DNA of 64,000 nucleotides from Octopus vulgaris (Eukaryota), in the NCBI GenBank assembly GCA_951406725.2, contig OX597829.1:11346001-11410000 (forward strand). The letters are read 5' to 3'. Both the position numbers and the translations under genes were made by a program. Below the pieces are notes generated by a model. It saw nothing but the letters and a program-made list of their open reading frames with translations. It had not been told where the DNA came from and searched no databases. Below, piece by piece: positions 13,412 through 26,226 of this stretch (within the stretch, counting starts at the first letter, position 1; every line of letters begins with the position of its first letter).

Positions 13412-14832
13412 TTACGGTTGGGACAGGGAGCATGACAGTTTAAATCTGCCTGCTTCCCCTTCTTCCTCCCTTGTGGTCGTAGCTGCAGGGCTCTTAACCG
13501 GCGTTGCCATCGGGCTCTGGGTAGGTGTGGTTTCCGGGGTTATAATGAGTTTACCCTCCATTATTTCATTCGTTACATCTCTGATGAGATTATTCTTTAA
13601 ATGTTCTTGTAGTGTTTTTTCCTTCCACTCGTCTTCCTTTATTTTCGCAAACCGAGTGGTTGATTTTGTGTCTGTAGACTTACTGAATAGTTTAAATTTT
13701 GAAAATTTGAAATACTCGTACACCCTATCGTTCTTCTCGTCAAATGCTATAATTTTTTCATTTTTTTTTATCAATTTTTTCAAATCTTGTTTTATGGGGA
13801 GGGGCTTGGCGAACTGTGTTCCAATGAATACAGTGCCGTGGGGGTAGGGCTGGGGAATTTGTTTTTTATGTATCTCTGCGGTGTTTGCTGATTTTTTCTT
13901 TGTTTGGGGAGGGGAGTCCAGGGTGTTATCTTTTTTCTTTTGTGTGTCACCTGTGTAAAGTCCATTTGTTCATTTTCATCTTCTGTTTCGGTTCCTTTCC
14001 TTGTCGCAGTCTTGGGTTCTTTTTCAGTGTTTGAAGCACTTTGAGGAGGGGCTTCGTTGATTTTCTTTTTTTTTATGCAGTTTGAGCGGACGTGACCCTT
14101 TTCGCCACATTTGAAGCACCTAGGTCTGCGCCCCTCCACTGACACTCTCATTGAAGTTCCCTCCTCATTAAATACCCTATCGGGTAAGTTTTCTAGTATC
14201 TTATTTTCTGCTTGAACGAGGAGTTCTAGTGTTTGTCCTTTCCAGTGCACCTCCTCTTTCCTTCTCATCTACAGAATTGAAACTTCCCGCTCTACGTTGT
14301 GCAGGACTGCCGTTGCTACCCACATTATGTCATACCCTCTTGGTATATCCTCTACATGTAGTTTGGCTGTTCTTTTCCCCATATACGAGGGTAGCAACAT
14401 GATATCCTCACTTTTCAAGGTCATTGATGACACCTCTCTTGCCACATCAGCCGAGTCGAAATGTGCTTCAACGGTAGCGCTGCGAGCACCTCGAACAACG
14501 TGGAGAATTTTGTCCCACACCGGGGACAAGCACTTTTCTACTATCTCGTTCTTGACATCCATTATTTTTTTTTCTTTGTTGCGATAAACTTTGTATACAA
14601 CTGTCTTTGCCTTTATTTCCTGTACCTTCGCTTGCGGCGGTACCAGTTTAATTTCATTTCCTTCCGTTTTTACCAAGTTCCGGTATTCGAATAACTGTTC
14701 AATCTTACATTCTACATCCGTTACGGTTCCGCCCACTGCGGCCGCAAAAGACTGTTTTTTTACTTCGGTATCCTTTTGTTCACCTTTTCCCATCACGGGA
14801 AAGTCACTCTTCGACGCCAAGTCGAAATCCAT
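13412..14832 (-). pseudogene. Tx1-A ORF1 (zinc-knuckle protein), interrupted
   Basis: EGRRPRCFKCGEKGHVRSNC; three consecutive ORF pieces upstream of ORF2. Confidence 0.85.
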
Positions 14833-14993
14833 TTCTCAAATTATGAGAACAAATGTTTCAAAAAAATTACCTCGAAGGTAATGACAATGTTTAAACACAG
14901 AATTTTCTGCCCCGTAGGGCGAAAATTACTGTTACACAACGAACAACTGTTCAATTCACGAGTAACACAAACAACGACGAACAAAAATGACAT

Positions 14994-16375
14994 CATATAT
15001 GGCCTTCATTGATCTGACAAAGGCCTTTGACTTGGTAAGTAGAAAAGGCCTCTTCATCCTGTTCCAAAAACTCGGATGTCCACCAAAGCTGCTGAGGATC
15101 ATCAAATCTTTCCATGATGATATGCAAGGCACCATACAGCACAATGGTTCAACATCAGCCGCCTTCCAAATAAAAAATGGGGTAAAGCTCCTACATTATT
15201 TGGCATTTTCTCGCTGCTGCTGCTCTCACGTACCTTTCAGACATCAGATGATGGAGTGTTTCTGCACAGTAGAAGTGATGGGAAACTGTTCAATCTCTCG
15301 CGTCTGCTTGCCAAGACCAAAATCAGAAGCGTCCTGATCAAGGAGATGCTATTTGCTGATGATGCCGCTCTGGTATCACACACAGAAGAAGCCCTACAAA
15401 GGCTCATCAACTGTTTTGAGCAAGCATGTGGTAACTTTGGTTTAGTTATCAGCCTCAAGAAGACCAACATCATGGGTCAGGTTACATCGGACATCCCAAA
15501 CATACAGACTACAGGAGGTGGAGAAGTTTACCTATCTTGGCTCTACCATCACCTACAACCTATCACTTGATGCTGAGCTCAATATACGCATTGGCAAGGC
15601 AGCTGCTGTGATGGCCCAACTCTCCAAACGGTCATGGGACAACAATAAGCTGACCAAGACCACACAAATGAATACTTATCAGGCATGTCTAAATCTACTG
15701 TATGGAAGTGAGACTTGGACGCCATACACATGCCAAGAGCATCGCCTAAATATCTTTCACCTGCGCTGCCTCCGGAAAATCCTTCGCATCAAATGGCAGA
15801 ATCATGTCCCCCCAAGCAAGCAGAAATACCAAGCATGTTTGCACTCCTCACACAAAGACGTATGAGATGGCTTGGACATGTTAGCCGTATGGAAGATGGC
15901 AGAATCCCCAAGGACATACTCAACGGAGAGCTTGCTAGGGGCACTAGGTCTGTGGGAAGACCGTTCTTAGATACAAGAATGTTTGCAAAAGGGACATGAA
16001 TGCCTGCAACATCAATATTAGCAACTGGGAAGTAGTTGCCAGCAACTGGGAAGTAGTTGCCAGCAACTGGGAAGTAGTTGCCAGCAACTGTGGAGATTGG
16101 CGACGTACCGTAAAAGAGGGAACACAAAGGAGTGACATAGAGAGAGAGGAGAAATGGAAAGACAAGAAAAGACGTCAACAAGAAACTATGACATTACAAC
16201 CAGCCAGGCAAAGTCTTCGCTACATTTGCGGCACCTGCCAGAGGGAGTGTTTGTCCGGGATAGGACTACATAGCCACAGCAAGAGATGTGTTAGGACATG
16301 AAATGTAAAAGCCGGACTAGATTATTTTATGCGCAAATCCATTGTCTCCCGAGACAAAAAGGATGCCAACAACAA
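14994..16375 (+). mobile_element. 5'-truncated RTE-clade LINE
   Basis: YMAFIDLTKAFDLVSR, LFADDAAL, FTYLGS, LLYGSETW, RWLGHVSRM, C2H2-like CGTC..LHSH; short (CAA)n tail. Confidence 0.92.
16020..16090 (+). repeat. 21-bp in-frame tandem repeat (AGCAACTGGGAAGTAGTTGCC x3 plus a partial unit)
   Basis: Seen directly; translates as (SNWEVVA)3. Confidence 0.9.
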
Positions 16376-16639
16376 TATATATGGATTTCGTAGACACGAT
16401 CTGAAATAAATCAATCGTATACGCATGTATGTATATATGTAAGTCTATGTGTGTGTCTTTGTGTTACTCCCTCATCACTGCTTTATTTATTTACATCCAC
16501 ATAACTTACTGGTTTCACAAGAACAAACTAATGGAATAAGTACCAGGCTTATCAACATAAAATAAGCACTAGGCTGTGTCTCATATTTTTGTTTGCCCGC
16601 TCAGTTGTATCTATCAATTTATCTTTGTATGTGTGTGTG

Positions 16640-16717
<78 letters not shown>

Positions 16718-17959
16718 ACACCCTAATAGGAGCCTTAACTCCCAAATTTTAGTCATTTCTTTTATGATCCAAAACTAGATCAACAGTACTGAATGGATCT
16801 TTATGAAATTTGGAAATTATATTTTATGCATAAGGGCCATAACCCCCATGACAATTCATATATTTTTGCTGTTGATGAAATTTTAGCCATAGATATTAGA
16901 CACAAATAAAGTCATATTTATTAAATTTCATCTTCTTACAAGTTAGAAAGACCCCTCCATGAGGACTTAAACACCCACAATTTTGTCATTTTATCTAAGC
17001 AAAAACGAATACAGTTGTGCTCATGGAAGCTGTAGGGTTACCCGAACATAAAAGTTGGGCATTATTTCTAATTCAATGGTACAACAGTGTAAAAGTTTGC
17101 TTTGACATACACTTACATTGTGATTTCTGCAATGTGGTGCATAAATTGTCAAGTAAATGAGTGGCATCTTTGCGTCCACTAATTCAGTTGCAAAGTGTTG
17201 AGTAAAGTTATTTGATTGCAAACTTCCTTTCAGTCTTTTTATTATCACTGAGTCACAGTCCCCAGATGGTAACATTGATTTCAAGGCCTTCCCAGATGAG
17301 TGACAGATTATTCAAAGATATTTATAGATTGTAAATTTATTCTGTCCAGTTTGCAAACGACCACTATACTGATGTATAGTGGTCATTTGCAAACTCCAGA
17401 GGTGACACCTTCATTTCTCCTTAGCCCTCACGTGAAACAGTTGTTAATGTTTATTTCAGTTGTGTCACGCCCTTCCAATTGCTATAATTTGTAATGCATC
17501 TTACGGCTGTGCCTATCACCTGGATGGTGAGGAATACAACATTGGGAGTGGTAACGACTAGGGTACTGTAGCTGACTGCTAATTGTGATCATTCATCTTT
17601 TGGTTTCCTGTAGCTTTGCTCTCTTGTACAAACCCAGTGAACATATATTTCCTATTTCAAAGAAATTCAAACAATAGATATAAGAACCAAGCTAAAAAGA
17701 TTCTCAACAATTCAACTTCCGTGGTTGACATTAAGATGCCCACCCTCAACAGGGGCCTTTACTCTCACATTTTAGAGCTCCATGATCTTCATTTTTCAGG
17801 AGCAAAATCTTTTTAACAGGTTCTATAAGACTGGAATTTTGGAATATGCGCATAAAAATCAGTAGTATGGGATACATTTTGCACGATTACAATTTTCTTA
17901 GGGTGTGTAAAGAGGGAAAGAACCCTCATCTGCAATTTTGAGGAAATTCAAAATATAGA

Positions 17960-18044
17960 TATTCCACTTCATTACAGAAAATATAACAGAAAAGTCAAAT
18001 TCTTCAATTGAATATAACCGGGCAACGCCGGGTATCTCTGCTAG
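17960..18044 (+). mobile_element. Helitron 3' terminus (hairpin plus CTAG|T); the element may extend upstream to about 16715
   Basis: CCGG-GCAACG-CCGG followed by gtatctctgCTAGT; matches 22195-22259. Confidence 0.8.
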
Positions 18045-18128
<84 letters not shown>

Positions 18129-18129
18129 A

Positions 18130-18900
18130 TTAATTGAATGAATTATCTTATTAAGGATAATTCGAAAGATAACCGATACCTGGGTAGCAAATTCACATCA
18201 GAAAGAACACGGTTGAAGCTACGTCCCTAGGGCATAGACTACGTGTCTTCGTGCTGAAATGTGTATGTTTATTTTAAAATTATAAGTATATGAAAGAATG
18301 GAGTTGAACGACTAGTTAACAAATATCCTTTATTCTCGACATATGTTTCGAAGGCTGCATATTCCTAATTCCGAAGGAATAAGGAGTACATTATGCAGAT
18401 TTCTCATCAGGAAAATCAAGGAACTTATGTCGACATCAAAATGCACAAAAAACTTTTAGCTGACCGCTCTCAAGGAGCCCATGGCGATAATGAGTGTCTC
18501 TTTATAATGAGTGACGTCAGAGTGGCTGAATGTAGAAGAATCTAGAAGTTTCTAAAGGTTCAAGAGTTCAAACGAAGTAGGAGGAGGGAGGCATAAGAAT
18601 AGTAAGGTGAGAGAGTGCAGGTCAAAAGAATGGTGGGTTTAAATGATTTCTTTTGTGAATGAGTGCTTGTGTGTGTGACTGTATATAACTGTCTTAATGT
18701 GTGTATGTGTGTGTCTGAATGCGTGATTGTGTTTGTGGGTGGGTAGATGTCAGAGAACTGAAAAAGGATGTCAGAAAACTGAAACTGATGTCAGAAAAAG
18801 GAATTTCACTGCAGCCGTACACTTCTATACAAGAGGGAGGACAAGATCCAATTGATCGAAATTGCAAGAGACGGGCCTACAATTCCAGTCTGTTATATAT
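18130..18900 (-). mobile_element. Solo pLTR/3' UTR of a Naiad-type Penelope subfamily
   Basis: Diverged homolog of 35610-35975 and 39180-39510. Confidence 0.8.
18333..18415 (-). ncRNA. Type-I hammerhead with extended stem II
   Basis: TTTTC-CTGATGA-GAA..TGCATA...TATGCA..TTC-GAAA-CATATG-TC-GAGAA. Confidence 0.85.
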
Positions 18901-19071
18901 TTTGAGTATTGTTATCACTAGCGATATCAAGATATAACTTTGTATTTTGTATTTTATGTGTAGATGTATATATATAGATGTACATGTAATATGTACACAT
19001 ATATATATACACATATATACATGCATAATATATCTACCCATACACACATACGCACGCACACATACATAGGG

Positions 19072-19205
19072 GCAGGTGTGGCTGTGTGGTAACAAACTAC
19101 GTTACAAACACATGGTCCTGGGTTCAGTCCCACTGTGTGATGACTTGGCATGTGTCATCTGCTGTAGCCTCAGACCAACAAAAGCCTTCTCAGTGGATTT
19201 TGTAC
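19072..19205 (+). mobile_element. SINE 5' fragment
   Basis: Matches 9443-9580, including upstream flank. Confidence 0.6.
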
Positions 19206-19249
19206 ATATATACAGGCATACATACATATATATACTTGCATACGTACAT

Positions 19250-22200
19250 ATTCGGCATAAACACTCTACCACTACAACTAATAACTGTTGGGAACACTTT
19301 CAAACCTGCCTTACATTCGAATCGGAATATCAATGCCCGAGTTTTCCATCTGAAGTTAATCTCTCTCATAGAGGTCATACAAAAAGGGCAAGTCTTTGGG
19401 CCTATACAATGTGACATGTACACAATCGAGTGGCAAAAAAGGGGCCTTCCACATGTTCATATCCTGCTTTGGCTCTCAGCGAAGATCAATTCCAATGACA
19501 TCAACAAGATAATCTCTGCAGAGCTTCCTGATCCAGCTTTAGACAAAGAACTATAGGAAATAGTTAAAGCAAACATGGTACATGGACCAGTGGACGTGGA
19601 TTCAACATAAACACACCATGCTTGAAGGATAGCATATGTTCAAAAAGATTTCCAAGGAGGTTCCTACAAGAAACTCAGACAGGTGCTGATGGATATCCAT
19701 CATAGAGACGCAGAAAACCAGAAGACGGAGGTTTCACAGCAACTATCGGAAGCACGATATTGATAGTAGATGGATTGTTCCATACTGCCCACTTCTGTCA
19801 AAGACTTTCAATGCCCACAGCAACGTTGAGTTTTGCAACTCCGTTAAATCCATCAAGTACGTTTGCAAATATGTAAACAAAGGTTCTGACGCTGCAATGT
19901 TTGGACTTCAACAAGAATACTACCAGGATGAGGTGACGCATTATCAGGTGGGACGGTACACAAGTAGAAATGAGGCTTTCTGGCACATCTTTGGCTTTCC
20001 AATTCACCAACGACACCCCGCCATTCAACAGCATGCAGTGCACCTGGAAAATGGTCAAAGAGTGTACTTCACCGATGCTAATACTTCTCTGTTGGCAGAG
20101 GAACCAAGGGATAGCACACTCACTGCATTCTTCAAGCTTCGTCAAGTAGATCCTGGCATTAAGTTTCACACTTGCCTTGGGCGAGTATACACAGTGCATC
20201 CCACTCAACAACAGTGCTTCTACCTTCGTCTACTACTGCATGAGGTCAGAGGGCCAACGTCTTTCCAGGCCCTAAAAACCGTTCATGGACATGTTTGCAC
20301 AACATACAGAGAAGCCTGCTATCGACAAGGTCTGTTAGAAGATGGTGCACAATGGGATGCAACTTTAGGAGAGGCTGCTTTATCACAATCACCTAAAAGT
20401 CTCAGGGCACTATTTGCAGTATTACTACAGGCATGCGAACTGTGTGATCCGGCCACTCTATGGCTAAAATATATTGACAACCTGGCTGAAGACTTTCAGC
20501 GCCAAGCTCAAGTGCTCTATCCTGACATGGAGGGTATCAGCAATTAAATCTATAACAAAACACTCATTGACATTGAAGACAGAATTGCTAAACTGGGTGG
20601 AAATAAGTTGTCGACGTATGGCCTGCCACAAGCATTCAGGTCAGGGTCAAATAGCCTTCCCACTGCTGTCATTCGTGAAACAGCCTACGAAACTCAAGCG
20701 CTTTCAAAGTACATTGTTGAAAATGAGCCTAAATTACTTCCGGGCCAGCTGCAGGCCTACAGAACTATTCTTAACAGTGTACGCCAACGCGAGGGACGAA
20801 TCTTCTTCCTCGATGCTCCTGGAGGGACAGGAAAAACATTTATTACAAAGCTTCTCCTTGCAGAAGTTAGGCAGCATCAGGACATTGCAGTAGCTGTAGC
20901 CTCCTCTGGCATTGCAGTTACTTTGTTACCCGGTGGCAGGACAGCACACTCAACTTTTAAACTCCTTCTCAATTTAGCAGCATCCGAAATGCCTTCATGC
21001 ACCATCAACAAAAGCTCAGATCAGGGACAAGTACTTAAATGTGTCAGTTAATTGTCTGGGATGAGTGCACCATGGCTCACAAGGGAGCTTTGGAAGCATT
21101 AGATAGAGCCCTGAAAGACACCCGAGACTGTCAGGCTCCAATGGGAGGTGTAACGCTTCTGTTGTCAGGTGATTTCAGGCAAACTCTTCCTGTCATTCCG
21201 AAAGGCACTAGAGCAGATGAAGTCCAAGCATGCCTAAAGTCCTCTACCCTATGGCATCATGTTACAATCCTCAGTCTCACCACTAACACGGCGACAAAAT
21301 GTCCACAAAGTTTGCACAGGACATTTTGACACTTGGTGAAGGCAAGATGCCTCTCGATGGTGCAGGACATCGAGAGGCAGTGTAGTCATTTTCCTCTGTT
21401 GTTAATTCTGTAGATGACCTCAAAAACAAAGCCTTTCCAAACTTCACACAAAACTACCAAAATCACAATTGGCTGTGTGAAAGAGCAATATTAGCTCCAA
21501 AAAACGTTGCTGTTAACAAAATTAATCAACAGCTAATGCATTCTCTTCCCGGCACTATACACAATTACAAGTCTGTTGATACAATTCCAGATATAAATGA
21601 AGTTGTGAACTATCCTCCTGAATTTCTCAATTCACTGGAGCCTCCTGGACTACCTCCACACATATTAGCACTTAAAGTTGGAACTCCTGTAATGCTACTC
21701 TGCAATCTGGAACCACCAAGACTTTTCAATGGAACACGACTGGTGATAAATAAAATGATGTCACACGTTATCGAGGCGATCATTCTTTCTGGATGTGGAA
21801 AAGGTGATGATGTCTTTATTCCAAGATTTCCTCTTACTCCATCAGGAGCAGAAATTCCATTTAAATTCAGAAGACTGCAATTCCCCCTTCGTGTCAGCTT
21901 TGCCATGTCCATTAACAAATCTCAGGGTCAAACCCTCTCTGTAGCTGGTCTTCTCTTGGAAGAGTCCTGCTTCTCGCATGGGCAGCTGTATTTTGGCTGC
22001 TTAAGAGTAGGAACCAAAAGAAAACCTTTTTGTATGCTCCACAAAGAAAAACAAGGAACATTGTTTACAACGAGGTGTTATAATCTCAACAGCCAGGAGG
22101 TATATACATGATCCCCTTTTTTTTTAACAAACTTCATGTACTTTCATGTATTTATATTAATATACATATACATGTATGTGTGTGTATCCATGTAAATATA

Positions 22201-22258
22201 ACAGAAAAGTCTAATTCTTCAATTGAATGTAACTGGGCAACGCTGGGTATCTCTGCTA

Positions 22259-22259
<1 letters not shown>
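19250..22259 (+). mobile_element. Helitron, decayed RepHel (HUH Rep plus PIF1-like helicase) with intact 3' end
   Basis: YTIEWQKRGLPHVHILLW (HUH), DAPGGTGKT (Walker A), IVWDE, GDFRQTLPV, FAMSINKSQGQT; hairpin plus CTAG|T at 22256-22260. Confidence 0.95.
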
Positions 22260-22315
<56 letters not shown>

Positions 22316-22344
22316 CATATACATACAATAGAGAGATGTTTTTG

Positions 22345-22506
22345 TTTCACTTTTAACACGTAATACTGAAATAGTGGAGAAGATATGATATTACTGTGGG
22401 CTCGCCTAAGTAAGGCATGTGTAAAATTTGAATGAAATTGGTTGTGTAGTTCTCAAGTTTTAGGGAAACACACAGACAGACATTCTCAGTTTTATATATA
22501 GAGAGA
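22345..22506 (-). mobile_element. Helitron-family 5' end fragment
   Basis: A|TCTCTCTATATATAAAACTGAGAATG on the minus strand. Confidence 0.7.
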
Positions 22507-22994
22507 TTATTATTCGATTTCATTTTCCATAAACACACGTGGAATATAGTGTATATTTCAAGAGGAATTTCGGAGGAACTTACTAAACGAACAAAACAAA
22601 ACAAACAAGAGATATAGAATACAATGAACTTTTAAATAACAAGTTAAACCGGATTGCTTGTTCTGTAGTTGTAATTACGACCTGTAACATCTGCTGGAAA
22701 AAGAACACTAAATAGCAGGTATTGTGGAAAACAGCGATGAATAAAGGTCATTTGTATCAGTTGATGATATAAAATATACACACGCCGTGATTATGTATGA
22801 CTTTTACTTAAATGATATATCAGCGCTAAATTTGGAAAATATTTTACTTATTATAGTGTGTGTGTGTATGTGTGTGAGAGAGAGTGTGTGTGTGCACACA
22901 CATATATACACACACGAAACAAAAGTGAGTTAAAGAGGAATAACAAAACATTGGCCACTGGAATGTATATGAACAACAAATATATCAAATATCA

Positions 22995-23635
22995 TCTCTC
23001 TATATATAAAACTGAGAATGTGTGTGTCTGTGTGTGTGTGTCTGTCTGTCTGTGTGTTTCCCTAAAACTTGATGTCTTGCAAACAACTTGCACATACAAG
23101 TGCTACCAGTCAAAAGCTCCGTATACCGGAAGCCAGCAAGTGTATGGGGTCATCAGGAGAGAATGCGCGCCGTTTCGGGGCCTAACTCTCGACGGCATCA
23201 ATGCGCACCGGACCCCTCACTGATATGAGGCCCCCAATTTACATTCAGAAGACTGCAAATCCCCCTTCGTGTCAGCTTTGCCATGTCCATTAACAAATCT
23301 CAGGGTCAAACCCTCTCTGTAGCTGGTCTTCTCTTGGAAGAGCCCTGCTTCTCGCATGGGCAACTGTATGTTGGCTGCTCAAGAGTAGGAACCAAAAGAA
23401 ACATTTTTCTATATGCTCCAGAAGGAAAAACAAGGAACATTGTTTACAACGAGGTGTTATAATCTCAACAGCCAGGAGGTATATACATGATCCCCTTTTT
23501 TTAACAAACTTCATGTACTTTCATGTATTTATATTAATATACATATATGTGTATATGTGTGTATCCATATATATATAACAGAAAATCTAATTCTTCAATT
23601 AAATGTAACTGGGCAACGCCGGGTATCTCTGCTAG
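22995..23635 (+). mobile_element. Non-autonomous mini-Helitron (TC...CTAG, inserted at A|T)
   Basis: 5' TCTCTCTATATATAAAACTGAG, unrelated filler, then about 400 bp matching 21860-22259. Confidence 0.85.
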
Positions 23636-24044
23636 TACAATATAAATCCTTGATTTATTAAAATTATCTCGGCCCCGAGGATGTGTCATAATTACTAAAT
23701 GGCAACAGAGAACAGGTCCATATGAGAAGGACAAAAATATCTCATGAAAGAATAATTTTCTAAAGTTGACATGCTATTAAGGAAGAGGACGCGATTCTTG
23801 CCTGGATTTAAGAGGACAACTGTGGCGACATGTTTCTGCCTCACTAGATGTCGTCAGCATGGTTTTTGTTCTAACATATCTCCAACAGCCAAGAAACGTA
23901 TACAAAATGAGTAGAATACATGGCTTTAATAATGTGTATAAATTAAAGCAAGCGGTGTGTTGGTAACAAACACAAACACGGACACATAAACTTACATATG
24001 CAGTCATACAAAACACAAACACACACACACACGCACATATGACG

Positions 24045-24195
24045 GACTTCTTTTATTTTCCGTCTATCAAATCCACTCACACGGCATTGGTCGGCCCGGA
24101 TATAGTAGAATAGACTTGCCCAAAGTTACACTTAGTGGGACTGAACTCGGAGCCATGAAATTAAGAAACAAACTTCTTACGATACAGCCACGCCT
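24045..24195 (-). mobile_element. tRNA-derived SINE head
   Basis: Reverse complement ggcgtggctgtatcgtaagaagtttg...gagttcagtcccact. Confidence 0.6.
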
Positions 24196-24218
24196 TGGAT
24201 CTTTGTTGTTATCGTCAC

Positions 24219-24666
24219 CTGTGGCGGACTGGCCAGGTTGCTAGCTTGCGCGATGGCAAGTGGGCCCCTGCGTCATTAGAGTCCACGAATGGGGGCCTAT
24301 GTTAGTATCTAAGGGGCCCATCCCCTCAAGTTTGAGAATGTTTTAGTCACTCCCGGAAGAATGCATTAATTATTTCAGCCTGGCTGTATATGTAGACAGT
24401 TGTAAAGAATACTTTTAACAAAAAGAAATAAATGGTAGCATTGTAGTTGCGGGTGGAGCCCCTTGTAGTTGCAAATAGGCCACCTTGTAGTTGCGGGTAA
24501 GCCCGCCCCCCCTTGTAGTTGCGATTGAGTCCCCTTGTAGTTGCGGGTGGGATCCCTTGTAGTTGCGGGTAGGCCCCCCTTGTAGTTGCGATTGGGTCCC
24601 CTTGTAATTGTGGGTGGGCCCCCTTAGTTTCCTGGCAACCAATATTGTAGACCCAGTCCGCCACTG
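24219..24666. mobile_element. MITE with TIR C(A/T)GTGGCGGACTGG, CGTCAC direct flanks and internal CCCCTTGTAGTTGCG repeats
   Basis: cgtcac|ctgtggcggactgg ... ccagtccgccactg|cgtcac; about 7 internal units at 24440-24615. Confidence 0.75.
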
Positions 24667-25129
24667 CGTCACCGTCTACAATTACGTTCCAATTTGGTAT
24701 ATGATTTGATTTTTGTATACTAATTATGAAAATGAAATTCATTTTTCCTATAAATTCATAATTAAAAAGTTATCAGCCTTTAAAATTTGCAAAATTTGGG
24801 TATTTTAGCCAATCAGAAGCGAGTATTTTATACATCACCGTGAAGTTTTGTTAGCATAGTAAGCAAAGAAGCACCACGTGTTCCGAGCTGATTGCGAAGA
24901 ATTCTGTTTCTAGAAGTATTATTAAATCTCAGAGCGAGATGTAAACAGTAACCGCTCGACAATGTAAAGTATAAAAGCCATCTCAATATGGCTAACCACA
25001 AAGTGGGGGTGTTACTGTAGCTTTTTAGCCCCAGGAGATCATCGCCTCCAGCTGGCTTTAGACACCCTTTCAGTGCCCTTGAAGTATTTGCAAAGGGAGG
25101 CCATCCCTTCCTCGCAAGCCTGAGTGATA

Positions 25130-25172
25130 CGCATGGACCGGTTTCGAGATTATTGTCTCTTATCAACGGGCG
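25130..25172 (-). ncRNA. Type-I hammerhead variant, core UUGAUAA (U3-A8)
   Basis: CGCCCG-TTGATAA-GAGA(CAATAA)TCTC-GAAA-CCGG-TC-CATGCG; stem I is imperfect. Confidence 0.75.
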
Positions 25173-25392
25173 GTAACCACCAGGTCACGATGAAAAACAA
25201 GGCCTGCTTTGCAAATATATAAGAGTTTTTCTAGTGACGTCTGCCACTGATTTCGAAAATTTTCTACTAGAAAAACTCTTATATATTATATATTATATAT
25301 TATGGATTTCGAAATCAGTGGCAGACGTCACTAGAAAAACTCGTATATATTTGCAAAGCAGGCCTTGTCTTTCATCGTGACCTGGTGATGAC

Positions 25393-25435
25393 CGCCCTTT
25401 GATGAGAGACAATAATCTCGAAACCAGTCCGTGCG
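25393..25435 (+). ncRNA. Type-I hammerhead variant, core UUGAUGA (U3-G8), stem III mutated
   Basis: CGCCCT-TTGATGA-GAGA(CAATAA)TCTC-GAAA-CCAG-TC-CGTGCG. Confidence 0.65.
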
Positions 25436-25939
25436 TATCACTCAGGCTTGCGAGGAAGGGATGGCCTCCCTTTGCAAATACTTCAAGGGCGCTGAAAGAG
25501 TCTTTTTAAGCTTTGATACTGGGGACACATTTCCATCTTCAGTCTCTAACTCCTTACAAACTGCAGACGAAAGATCTGGCAACTTTAAAAAATCGAGATA
25601 TTAAATCTTTATGCTCAGCCTTTATAACCACAATAACAGCATGCCTCCTTATTCTTGAGTAAGCTGAGGGTCTGCCATTATTATTTTCTGAAACAAAGAT
25701 TATACAGAGTCATCAAAAAATGCAGCGATGACCCCCCAAAAAGGTATGTCCTCAAATAACTTACGCACCCTGTTTCCAAATTTTTAACCAAACTATCATA
25801 TTTAATATATTTAATGTATCTAATTTGTTTATCCGCATAATTGGTTCTATGTACGCATGTGTGTATGCATGTTTTGTATGTATGTTGTATGTATGTATGT
25901 ATGTACGGGTATGTGTGTGTGCGTGTGTCTGTGTTTGTC

Positions 25940-26140
25940 TGTGATTGCCACTCCTCATTATCGCTTGATAACTGGTGTTGGTGTGTTTATGTCCCTGTAA
26001 CTTAGCGGTTCGGCAAAAGAGTACCGGTCTTTAAAAACAATAACCCACCCCCTGGAGTCGATTTGTCCGACTAGAAAAACCCTTCCAGACGGTGCCCCAG
26101 CATGGCCGCGTTCAAATGACTGAAACAAGTAAAAGATAAC
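25940..26140 (+). mobile_element. SINE 3' part
   Basis: ctggtgttggtgtgtttatgtccctgtaacttagcggttcggc...ggtgccccagcatggccg...atgactgaaacaagtaaaagata. Confidence 0.6.
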
Positions 26141-26226
26141 AGATTATATATTTGTATATATATATATATATGTATATACAAATATGTATATATATATAAG
26201 AAAAAAGCAACAAAAATGGATCAATA

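Larger units (their letters stand above)
10199..14993 (-). mobile_element. Tx1/L1-clade non-LTR retrotransposon A, near full length, decayed
   Basis: ORF1 with CCHC knuckle followed by ORF2 with APE and RT; AATAAA at the 3' end. Confidence 0.93.
24975..25500. mobile_element. Head-to-head fold-back pair of Penelope-like pLTR fragments
   Basis: About 25070-25257 is the inverse of about 25306-25495; homologous to 9985-10180. Confidence 0.8.

Noticed and set aside
16020-16090. Short regular repeats (also 24440 and 58585) as CRISPR arrays
   Set aside because: No unique spacers, no cas genes, eukaryotic context.
20608-22111. Host PIF1 helicase gene
   Set aside because: Fused to an HUH Rep, intronless, frameshifted and ending in a Helitron hairpin plus CTAG.
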